Shown here: piece by piece, positions 1-10,460 of the stretch
Layout: every line of letters begins with the position of its first letter
Position numbering within the stretch: position 1 is the first letter of the stretch
Origin: Toensbergia leucococca
Taxonomy: Eukaryota
DNA length: 33,264 bases
NCBI GenBank assembly: GCA_022813965.1
Contig: JALDZS010000234.1
Location: 1-33,264, forward strand
Direction: 5' to 3'
Translations under genes and position numbers: made by a program
Notes under the pieces: model-generated
Database searches by the model: none
The model's input: only the letters and a program-made list of their open reading frames with translations
What the model was told of the DNA's origin: nothing

Positions 1-115
1 CTTGTTTCCTTCGTCTTTCGTCCTGTATAGTACTCAGTACATAGATCAAGCCTTATCATAGTTCCTAAACCCCTGATACAGCTGTGCTGTTCTTGCCTAA
101 GCCCAGTTCCTGACA
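1..115. mobile_element. Terminal part of an LTR (ends ...CAGTTCCTGACA) inserted into the RT of the downstream gypsy element
   Basis: Ends in TGACA, a typical LTR terminus. RT homology (K-L-*-M-H-S-D-S-E-K-L-T-T-F) starts abruptly at 115, and the upstream sequence does not give the expected 'AFN' RT residues. It does not resemble the LTR at 3304-3519. Confidence 0.55.
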
Positions 116-2810
116 AGCTGTAAATGCACTCAGACAGTGAGAAACTCACTACCTTCTGCATCTCTATGAGAGTGTATAAGTACTGCATCCTTTCTTTTGA
201 CTTAACTAATAAATCAGCCTCCTTTTATCATTACATCAATAACACCCTCTTTGAATACCTTAATGACTATACTTAGACATACTTGAATGACATTCTCATC
301 TACAACAAGACTCAGCAAGAACATGTTAAACATGTTAGAAATGTTCTTAAGAGGCTTCAGGCTGCTGATCTGCAAATTGACATTAAAAAGAGTGAGTTTT
401 TTATCACTGAGACTATCTTTTTAAGCTTGCTAATCTTCATTAATAAGCTGAGAATAAACTTCTGAAAGATTAAGGTAATCACTAACTGAAACGCCTCTCA
501 GTGTCTTAAGAAGGTACAGTCCTTTATTGACTTCTGTAACTTCTTTTAACAGTTCATCAAGAACTTTAGCAAAATTACTCACTCACTGATGCAGCTGAGT
601 GACAAGAACAAATGATTTAACTGAATGAATGTCTGTCAGAAAGCCTTTAAACTTCTCAAGAAAACAGTGATGAAATTACTGATGCTCACTCATTTTGATC
701 AGACCTGAGCGGTCATTCTAAAATGTAACTCCTTCAATGATGTCAGTAAAGGCGTCTTATCTCAGTATAAAGATAATAATCTGCTGCACTCATTGACCTT
801 CTTTAATAAAAATCTCATACCTGCAGAATGCAATTATAAGATCTATGACAAGGAGCTGCTAATGATTATTTATTGTCTTAAAAATTGACAGTCTGATCTA
901 AAGAGTACTGAAATCTCTGTAAAGATCTTTACTAATTATAAAGCTCTCATTTACTTTATAAAAAGTAAAGAACTGATCTGAAGGCAGGCTCATTGAGCTG
1001 AAAAGCTCTTCAAGGTTAACTTTAAGATTCAATATTAAATGAGCTCACAGAATGCAAAGGCAGATACTCTAAGCAGACTGCTCAGCTCTTTATCTCTGAA
1101 TAATCATAATTCTTAGAAGTTGCATTAACATCAGACTCTACTGACAGCTGACTGATTAAAGGCTTCTTTAATAAAGCTGACTCTTATCACTTCTGAACTT
1201 CTTAATCTGAAAGAAGAAAATTTTCTCAGTGTCATCAATGATCTGATAAGAGATTATGCTTTAAAGACTGATCTGAAGGATGACTTAGAAGATCTCTTAT
1301 TCTCTCTGTTTGAATAAGCTGCAGAGGTCAACAAGACTGACCTAAAGTGTCTGACAGCTTAAAAAGTCTGAATAGAAGACAAGGCACACTATGAGAGCAT
1401 TAGTCTGTGAGCATGTTCTCTAAAAGATGATGTTCTTTATCATAAAAACAAGTTATGAGTCTCAGCAGATGATCAGTTAAGACTTGAGATTCTTCAGAAG
1501 ATTTATAACTCTTTAGTCAGCAATCATTCAGACATTACTCATATGAAAGTCCTGCTACAATAATATTATTTCTAATCTGAATTGTGAGTCTCTGTGAAAT
1601 TTTACTGCTAAAACTGTTATGACTGCTGCTGAGCAAAGATCTCTAGAGAGAAGCTTAACAGACTACTGCAGTTATTATTTATCTCTGTAAAACACTAAGA
1701 GAACATTATCATAAATCTTATCACTGACCTTCTGAAGTCTAAAGATAAGAATATTATTCTTATTATTATTAATCACCTCAGCAAGGAACGTCACTATATA
1801 TCATGCTCTATCAATAAGAATGACACCTCCGTAAAGTAAACTGTAAAGATAATGATTTAGATTGTCTTTCAGCTGCATAAGGTGTCAGCTTCAATTGTTT
1901 TAGACTGTGAGTCTTAGTTTGTATTTATCATGTAAAAGACCTTATGCCAGTGTCTGTTTATTAATGTTTATCTGAGCACTGCCTTTCACCCTTAGACAGA
2001 TGAGCAATCTGAATATGTTAATCAAGATATAAAGTCTTATTTTTAACTCTATTGTAATTATTATAAGGATAAATGAGTTCAACACTTACTCATAAGAGAA
2101 TTTGCAGATAACAATAACGTTTTCTCTGCTATGAGAATGTCTTCATTCTTTATAAACAAAGGTTTTCACTCTCAGATGAGTTTCAGCTCAGATACCTTTA
2201 CTTATAAAAGTACTTAGAAGTGTCTTCTTGCTCACTGAGCAGAAGACATCACTAAAACTATGAAAGACAGTCTAATATACATAAAGAAACATTTGCAATA
2301 AGCTCAAGCTATTATGATTAACAACGTTAATTGTTACTGCAAAGATGTCATCTATAAGATAAGTTAGAAGATCTTTCTTGACTGCTGCAACATGAAGATT
2401 AAGAGACTGTGCCTCAAGCTTGATGACAAGAACATAGATCTGTACAAGATTCTGCAGAAGATTGAAATCATCTACTAACTAGAGCTCTTAGCCTTTATGA
2501 AGATACGCTCAGTATTTTATGTCATGCATCTCTGAGCTGCTGTTATAAAGTTTCTTTCCGAGCAGATTAACGCTCCTCTCAGATCAGTGATAGTTAATAA
2601 TCAAGATAAATGAGTGATAGATAAGATCATAGATTCCCGCTATACTAATATCAATCACTACCTTCAATACTGTGTCAAATGACATAACTATCTCTAAGAT
2701 GATATCTGATACAATGTGAATAACAACGAGTTTAAGCACTCTTAAAAACTCATAAATGCATTTTGTGCTCAGTACTTAGACAAGTCTAAACCTTATCTGC
2801 ATCACTGTTA
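115..2810 (+). pseudogene. pol pseudogene with many in-frame stops from C>T/G>A transitions
   Basis: Conserved Trp/Arg/Gln codons appear as TGA/TAA/TAG. The catalytic Asp of YLDD is changed to Asn (AAT, 286-288). Confidence 0.9.
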
Positions 2811-3290
2811 AGAACAGCTCTCTGATGTCTGAAAGTTACTCAGAGCTTATTTGCAACTTAATTAAGCAGTGCAGTTAAGTCTTTATTCAAGGCTTTAATC
2901 AAATAAACCTAAGACTTCAGTCTGCTGTCATTAAGTGTCTTAAGAAAAGTGCCCTGAGATTTCAGTCAGAAAGTTAACTGACAGCTTTGATTCTTATCTC
3001 TGCAAGCTGAGTTAGCAGGTATTAAGATAAACAGATAAATAACTCTCTTCTATATACTTACTGAGTATCTGTTAGACTGTCAGGCGCTTACACGCGCTAA
3101 ACTGCAGGAAAAAACTTCAGGATGCACATTTTTGTATGCACGCGTCAATTTTCTCATACAAATTCACAACTTCTGATACAGCATGAGCAGGGACATTATG
3201 ATTTTTTCTGCACATCAAAAGCGTTTTCTTTTCATTTTTTTATTTCTTTTCTTTTATTCTTTACAAGCAATGAGAGTATTGCTTACTTGC

Positions 3291-3300
3291 AGGGAGAGGG
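3291..3300 (+). other. Polypurine tract of the gypsy element
   Basis: AGGGAGAGGG lies 3 nt before the TGT start of the LTR. Confidence 0.8.
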
Positions 3301-3303
3301 TAA

Positions 3304-3519
3304 TGTTATAATTCACTCTAGCATTTTAGCTTACACACAGATCAAGGTTAACACAAGAGTTAGAATTTAACATGTAAGGTTATTAAATGTCACAGCTGTT
3401 ACTTAATAACACTCTGCTGAATACTTATACAGCGTTTCTCTTCTGTACTTTTAGATCTTTACCTTTAGTGTTCTATTTAATAGTATCTTTATGACTAGAC
3501 TTTAGATCCAACTGTGACA
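3304..3519 (+). repeat. 3' LTR (216 bp)
   Basis: TGTTATA...TGTGACA: a 7-bp terminal inverted repeat (TGTCACA with two C>T changes), directly after the PPT. Confidence 0.8.
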
Positions 3520-5257
3520 ATGAGATCCTTGTACATCTGTATTAGATTACTTATAGTATTAGATACATAGTGCTTTGTTATCAGAGCTTATGTTTATCAT
3601 ATACAGAATCACACTGCATAAATTTAAAAGTATTAAAACATCACTAAAATATGTCTTATCACTTTTTTAGACTGATGTCTATACTTGAAAGACTCTAATT
3701 GACCCTTATCATCAAGTGACTCTAGATCTATAATCTATTCTTTAATGTCTGAAAATGTAAGCAGTGCTAACTATTCTAGTCACTCAATAGTCTGAAAAAT
3801 CTGAATTAACTACAGTAGTGATGATGACAAGAGTATGTGTTATATGTTATGATTAGTAACTCTTCCTTATGATTACATTCTTAGTGCACACATTAAATCA
3901 TATGTTAATAGACAGTATTAATCATGTAAGCTCATGCTTAGACTCTAGTGAAGGCGCTATTGCCTTCAGAAAGTGCATCTTACTGTTTAAATTAGCTGAC
4001 CTCAAGCTTTGCTCAGCTGCAAGACTATTGAATATTTAATTATATTGTAGTTAATACTTAGAATACCTGAAACTTAACGCCTTGAAGTAAAGATAATAGT
4101 TCACTTGTTCTATACTCTTATTCTAATAAAATCACAGTAATCTAAGTTATCACTACTTAAGTTTCTTTAAGGGTAAACTTTATTGTTATAGATTCACACA
4201 CTCTTAACACATTCAAGCTCACTGATGTTTTAAATCACACCGCCTTTATAACCTAAATTTGAATAGCTGAGCATCTGAGTCACAAGACAGTCAGTCTGCA
4301 TGTGTTACTTTAATTAATCATGATAGTGCTGACATATGTTAGACTCACAGGTAAATCAGCCTCAATCAGGTATATATGCTTTAACTGCTGCTTAAAACGC
4401 TTTTTTATCCTTAAGAACCATAGAAGCTAATATCAAACTCAGAACAAGATAAAGAAGTGTAGAAAGTAAGTAAAGCTGATATAAAAAAGTTGATTAAAGA
4501 TATAAATCATTCACTGATTAGAATAAGAAGCAGGTCATTAAGTGAGTAATAAATCAAGAGTATTAATGACAGATTTAAAGACCTGATGACAAGGTCAGTT
4601 AAAGAATACAAGAGTAACAAGACACCTAAAAGTAATTAGTCTATTAATCAAGGTCTAAGTGACAGACACAGCAGAAAAGAGCATAAGAGAAACAGTTAGA
4701 GTGAATTAAAATAGGTCAGACAGAGAAAACAGGTCAGGTGAGGTCAAAGTGTATGAGGGAAGTAAAAGATAAGATCAAAGATAAAAGGAATGAGTAAGAA
4801 AGTGATACTTATAAGGTTATAAAAAGTAATAAGTGACTAAAGGCTAACATTAAATCTCAAATGAAGGTAGCAGTTTTCTGATGCATATACACTAACAAGA
4901 TAATAACATGAAAAACTTTTAATTGTTAAATACTGCTTAAAAACTTTTACTTTTATTACACCTTTCTTTTAAAAGGTAACACTGATAACACAGACCCTAA
5001 TTCTTTTATTTGATGTTTCTGAATGCAAGACTTATTTCTTCTGTTTAAAATGTGAATTCTGACAGGATAAAGAAGAAGTACTTCATTTTTTAAATCTATG
5101 AGACTTTATCTATGTTACACTATAAAATACAAATCTCAAATTTAGAATATTTAACGTGCATGTATTCCTTTCTTGAATGTAAAATCTTCATATCTTTTTA
5201 ATGAAAGGATGTTGATCAGAAGAAGAAGAAGTAACTCAGTAATAAAATTGAGCACTG
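3520..5257. repeat. Unidentified AT-rich, CpG-depleted decayed repeat (RIP-like)
   Basis: Same composition as the pol relic, with a sharp switch to normal GC/CpG content near 5260-5300. No recognisable domain. Confidence 0.55.
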
Positions 5258-5488
5258 GTCATATATCTTTTGAATGATATGACTTCATGGACTTTGATTC
5301 CTCGACCATATTTTAGATTCGAGATTAGACTTCATCCCAGGATCCCTTGGCCCTGAAAATCAAAATTGCGCTAAGAACAGCGGCTAAGGCTTAGCGAGTT
5401 ATAGCAAACCGCTCTTTTGGTTTCGATGTTTTGGATACATATTTCCATCTCAACCTCACCTCACCTGAAAATCAACACAATCTCAGCC

Positions 5489-6672
5489 ATGCCTCCAAAA
5501 AAGCGCAAAGCAACCCAAGCCAACATCAATATAGCCGTTCTTCCCAGTCCTGCTGTAGAAAGGGGGCGTGGACGACCTCCCAAGCAGTCAAGACCGACTG
5601 AGCGCGCCTCAGCTGACAATACTGGTCCTGTCAAGAAAGGCCTTGAACGACCCGTTAAACAGATCGCGCAGACTGCAGCTGGAGCTCGCACAAGACGAGC
5701 CTCAGCTGGTAACGCAGAGCTTCCAAGAGCTCTCAGAAGCGCTTCGGGGGGTAAGTTGAATCAGCCGGCCACCAAAGTCATGAAATCTACCAAGCGTAAA
5801 AAGATCGCCAAATCCACCAACGCCGTCAGAGCAGCAAAAGCAGCAACTTTAGAGGCAGCAAATCAAATAGATCAGCCTGTTGCTTCTTTTGAGAGGAGAG
5901 ACTCCAATGTGTCTGTTCAGATTCCTACCAATCATGCTCCCAACGACAATGAAGACGATGAAGATGATGAAGATGACCAAGACGGTATATCTTATTGGCT
6001 TATGAAAGCGGAACCGGACTCGAGGATTGAAAAAGGGAAAGACGTCAAATTTTCAATTGATGATCTTAAAGCGGCCGAGAAGTCTGAGGGATGGGATGGT
6101 AAGTTCCAGGCTAGATCTCTTACGGGACTGAAAAACTGATATTAGAAAGGTGTTCGCAATATCGCAGGTGCGGAACGTGATCTTCGCCAACGGAGCTCTT
6201 CTAACTGACCCAACAGCACGAAACAATATGCGAGCTATGAAACTTGGCGATCTTGCCTTCTTTTACCATTCAAATTGTAAAGTTCCAGGCATCGTCGGTA
6301 TCATGGAAATCGTTCAAGAACACTCTATTGATGGTAAAACCCTTTCCTTGACCAAACAACGCGCATCATTAGTACTAAATCATTGCTTTACTAGAATCCG
6401 CTTTTGATACGCAACACCCCTATTATGACTTGAAATCTAGCCGCGACAAACCAAAGTGGGATCTGGTTCACGTCCAATTCCGGCAAAAGTTTCCTGAAAT
6501 CATCAAGTTAAAGGAGTTGCAGAAATTTGCCAAAAACGGAGGCGTTTTGGAAAATTTACAGACGCTACGGCAGTCCCGATTGAGCGTCTCCAAGGTCTCC
6601 AAGAAGCAGTGGGATTTCATTATGAGCTTGGTTGAGTTCGACAATGTTGGAACGGAGGTGCCAGTCAAATGA
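5489..6672 (+). CDS. AT-hook + EVE-domain nuclear protein (THYN1/Thy28-like), 3 introns
   Basis: MPPKKRK NLS and AT-hook RGRGRPPK. EVE motifs 'YWLMKAEP...FSIDDL...WDG|VRNIA|ARNNMRAMKLGDLAFFYHSNCKVPGIVG...YYD.KS...KW' are joined by introns 6099-6149, 6168-6216 and ~6333-6394. Confidence 0.88.
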
Positions 6673-7326
6673 GGTGGTCATCGTTCAAGGGGCAGTGAGA
6701 AAAGTCCGGATAAGCTATTGGAAATTCTAACGGATGCCAAGACGGGCATCGAGGCTGGCCTAAATGTTGGCCGGTTGCATAGGTGAGTTAAAGCTTGGGT
6801 CAAACATTTCTGAAATCAGAATGTTGAGAAATTGACCAAGAACAGCAGCTTCCTATCATACTGGACTGCTTGTCAATGGGGTTGAAAAGGGGCTGGAAAA
6901 AGGAAATGTCTTTCTCACGGATGATGAGACTGCCTGCTTCTAAGATGCAACATCATTCCACACGAAAGTCCCTCTTCAGCGACTGTGGAGATCTTTCTGT
7001 ACTTAATTTTGTGAATCCTGCATTCTGAATGTCAGCCATGTTTGAAATGCTTGTGTACCAGGGGCAAAGACTGAGAGAAAACTGACGATTTGGCAGAATT
7101 GGCTTGGCATTCGTGGCCGGAAACCAGGTTGCTCTTGCCAGTGTCGGCCGAGTCGCGGCGGAACCACTGACCCGCTCCTCTGCATTTGGCTAACGAACGA
7201 ACAGCACTCGTAGATTACTCGCTCGGATCGATTGCAACCTAGCGGACGTTCGGCTCAGTAACGATCCTTTCTAGACACGTGATCAAACATCATCACCGTC
7301 TCGCCGCACCCAAGTATCCAGGACCC

Positions 7327-8202
7327 CTACCCATCAACCCTCTCCCCGCCGCTCTTAACTCTCAACCCCCAAACCCACACCGGAAACAACCCCAACTTCC
7401 CCGGAAACCCCTTCACAACCTCCTCCCTCACAATTCCGAACCCCGCCCGCGCAAACAACTCCCTCCAACTCCCCACCCCACGCATAACACTCCCATCGCC
7501 CTCATCCCACAAATCCGGGCCCTCACGCACAACATTCTCCTTCACAACCACCCATCCAGCCTCCGCAACCACCTTTCCCACCCGCACCAAAAGCGCCACA
7601 ACCCCCGCATCCGTCAGGTGTCCCAGACACCATTGTATCCACACCAAATCGTATGTTTGGGAGGAGGAGGAGGAAGGCGACCATGTCTCGAGCCCGCACA
7701 CGTACACCTCGCCCACTTTTCCGGCGCCCTGACACCGTGCCCGCCGCGTCTCGTCCGCAAAGGCCTGCACCGGCTCCACAATATCGACCACCTCACAGAC
7801 CTTGCTCAAAAACCCAACAGTGACACGACCGATACCGGCACCGCAGTCGACACCGCGCCGGAGCATCGGGAGCTCAGCGACCTTTGGATGCGACTCTGCG
7901 CTTTTATCTTTGGTCGTGGGGGGGGATTTGACAGAGGGCGTGTTTTTGGGGGAGGAGGAGGAAGGGAGAGGAGGAAGGGGGTGCAGGCGGCGCAGTTTTG
8001 CGAGGAATGTTTGGGAGTGCTGGAGGTCGGTGCGGGAGATTTGCGGGTAGCCGCCTAGCATTCCGGAGATTGTGGGGGGGATGCTGCGCCAGTAGGTTAG
8101 GGACTTGGCGGGGGAGATGAGGGAGTCTGGTGGTGGGGGTTCTGGGGGGGGTGGACATTGCTGATGTGGGTGGTGGGTGAGATTAAGGGTGGGAGTTGGC
8201 AT
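7327..8202 (-). CDS. NTM1: Alpha-N-terminal protein methyltransferase 1 (NTM1/Tae1 family), intronless
   Basis: 'YW...GMLGGY..IS..DL..S..FL', SAM motif 'VDCGAGIGRVT', 'YDLVWIQWCLGHLTD', 'VKEN', 'D..DGSV.R', 'GFP..LFPV..W.L'. Confidence 0.9.
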   Translation of the reverse strand: MPTPTLNLTHHPHQQCPPPPEPPPPDSLISPAKSLTYWRSIPPTISGMLGGYPQISRTDLQHSQTFLAKLRRLHPLPPLPSSSSPKNTPSVKSPPTTKDKSAESHPKVAELPMLRRGVDCGAGIGRVTVGFLSKVCEVVDIVEPVQAFADETRRARCQGAGKVGEVYVCGLETWSPSSSSSQTYDLVWIQWCLGHLTDAGVVALLVRVGKVVAEAGWVVVKENVVREGPDLWDEGDGSVMRGVGSWRELFARAGFGIVREEVVKGFPGKLGLFPVWVWGLRVKSGGERVDG

Positions 8203-8492
8203 ATTGGATTTTTTGGGTTCGGATGTGCGTGTTTTGAGAAGGATTCTTAGGGTTAAGGTACACTTTTACCCCACGTTTTTGTAGGGGTTGTAAGGCAAGT
8301 GGGGTTTGGGGGTGGATCACTAAGCTGCGATAGGCAAGCCCTTTCCTTATCGCTCGTTGACGTCACGCTGGTCTCTCTTGCAACGGTACAGATAGAATTT
8401 CTTTTTTTCCGATGCCTATGATTGAATCCCATGCTCTACTCAATTGATTACTAGAATTCAACAACGCAGCCTCACAAAATCTTGTACCCACA

Positions 8493-10063
8493 ATGTCAGA
8501 CCTCCAAATCGAGCTCACGGCGCCCAATGGCCGCAAATACACGCAGCCGACCGGACTGTTCATAAACAACGAGTTTGTCAAAGCGCACTCCGGGGAAACG
8601 ATAACAAGTATAAACCCCACGTGCGTCTTTCTCTCCAACGTTTTCTTCACCCAATTGAGCATGCCACTAAGCCTCCCACCTCCAGCGACGAAACCGAAAT
8701 CACCTCCGTCCAAGCCGCCTCCGCCCATGACGTCGACCTCGCCGTCACCGCCGCCCGCAAAGCCTTCAAGGCCCCCTCGTGGCGTGACCTTCCCTCCACA
8801 GACCGAGGCAACCTGATGCTCAAACTCGCCGACCTTGTCGACGGCCATGCCGAGACCCTCGCCACCATTGAAACCTGGGACAACGGCAAACCGTACCAAG
8901 TGGCCCTCAACGAAGATCTGGCCGAAGTGAGCGGGTGCTTGCGCTACTATGGGGGCTATGCGGACAAGATTCACGGACAGGTGATTAACACTTCGCCGGC
9001 TAAATTTGCATACACGCTCAGAGAGCCATTGGGAGTGTGCGGGCAGATCATTCCGTGGAATTATCCACTGGCGATGGCGGCTTGGAAGTTGGGTCCTGCG
9101 CTAGCGTGCGGAAACACGGTGGTTATCAAGGCGGCGGAGCAGACGCCACTTAGTATCTTGTACTTTGCAACATTAATCAAAGAAGCTGGATTTCCACCGG
9201 GAGTAGTCAACGTTCTGAATGGATACGGGAGGGATTGCGGTGCGGCGATTGCGAGTCATCTCGATATTGACAAAGTTGCTTTTACGGGATCGACGGCGAC
9301 AGGGAGGCAGATCATGAAGATGGCGAGCGTGAATTTGAAGAATATCACTCTTGAGACGGGAGGGAAGAGCCCACTCTTGGTTTTTGAGGACGCAGATCTG
9401 GAGCAGGCGATCAAATGGAGTCACGCGGGGATCATGTCAAATATGGGCCAGATTTGCACCGCCACGTCGCGGATACTGGTACAAGACTCCATCTATGAAA
9501 AATTCGTCGAGCTCTTCAAGGAAGAGGTCAAGACTGTAAGTACAGTTGGAGATCCCTTCAAGGATGACACGTTCCAGGGCCCACAAGTCACAAAGGCCCA
9601 ATACGAACGCGTACTGGGGTACATCGAGAGCGGAAAGTCCGAAGGGGCAACCTTGGCCATCGGAGGGGAAGCCCACAAAGATGTCAGCGGCAAGGGCTTC
9701 TTCATTAGCCCAACAGTTTTTACGAACGTCAAAGACCATATGACTATCTACCGCGAAGAGGTCTTCGGCCCCTTTGTCGTCATTGCGAGTTTCAAGACCG
9801 AGGACGAGGCCGTGGAGCGGGCAAACGATACCACGTACGGACTTGGCAGCGCGGTGTTTACGCAGGATTTAACTAAGGCGCATCGGGTTGCGAGGAATAT
9901 AGAGGCTGGGATGGTGTGGGTAAATAGTAGCAATGATTCTGACTACCGGATTCCATTTGGTGGCGTTAAGCAGAGTGGGATTGGTAGGGAATTAGGTGAA
10001 GCCGGCTTGGCGGCTTATACGAATGCAAAAGCTGTGCATGTTAATTTAGGTACGAGGTTGTAA
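8493..10063 (+). CDS. NAD(P)-dependent aldehyde dehydrogenase (ALDH1/2-like), one intron 8621-8685
   Basis: Exon 1 'MSDLQIELTAPNGRKYTQPTGLFINNEFV'. Motifs PWNYP, FTGS, LETGGKSP (catalytic Glu), GQICTA (catalytic Cys), EEVFGP, PFGGVKQSG. Confidence 0.95.
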
Positions 10064-10460
10064 AGCAAGATTTGCTATTGCGAATGAGGAATGAGCTTGT
10101 GGTTCTATGTCATCTTGCTCTTGCTTATGGGTTGTGCTTTGCTGTAGCTAAGGAGGACTCTAGAGACTTTGGAGAGACATTATTCGACGAGACGTGTTTC
10201 TGGTTGTGGAATAAAGGTTGAATGCGTTCCCTCCTGATTTTGTCTCGTCGGCACCAAAAGATCAGTGATGCTGGCGGTGTTCTTTCTCGATTTTGCATTC
10301 GGATTTGGTTTAGAGTCTAAAGTTGGGTTGTTTCTTCTGGCAGTAAATGAGCTGGAATCATCAGGCGATCAGTCCATCAGAGTATGTTAGTATCTTCAAA
10401 ATCTGAGATCTGGCAAATGCGTCTGATAGGAATGTATTAGGACAGTTACTCCGGGTTCTG

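Larger units (their letters stand above)
115..3519 (+). mobile_element. RIP-degenerate Ty3/gypsy (chromovirus) LTR retrotransposon, 3' part: RT-RNaseH-integrase-chromodomain, PPT, 3' LTR
   Basis: Frame +1 reads through stops. RT: 'LSFDLTNKSASF...YLND' (YLDD mutated, 280-291). RNase H: 'CNSFNDVSKGVLSQ...ECNYKIYDKELL...RQAH*AE...NAKADTLSR'. Integrase zinc-finger and core remnants ~1500-2200, GPY/F remnant ~2434-2448. Chromodomain 'K*VIDKIIDSRY...LQYCVK*HNY...DI*Y' ~2600-2790. Confidence 0.93.

Noticed and set aside
6964..6974. GAAAGTCCC, resembling the RNase MRP/P CR-I motif
   Set aside because: No complementary CR-V (GGGGCTYAY-like) sequence downstream to form P4.
7115..7195. HDV-like ribozyme (GGCCGG...TCGGCC)
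   Set aside because: The L3, P1.1 and P2 pairings needed for the double pseudoknot are not satisfied.
7279..8058. 259-aa plus-strand ORF and other long antisense ORFs (8363-8974, 21995-22834, 16955-17410)
   Set aside because: Antisense shadows of recognised genes, with low-complexity translations.
8247..8255. TAACCCTAA on the minus strand, identical to a filamentous-fungal telomerase RNA template
   Set aside because: A single 9-mer in the NTM1 5' region, followed by an intact protein ORF. No recognisable pseudoknot or P6.1 hairpin.
8444..8685. N-terminus of the 539-aa ALDH ORF from the track
   Set aside because: Read-through of an intron from a non-ATG start. The real exon 1 is 8493-8620 in another frame.
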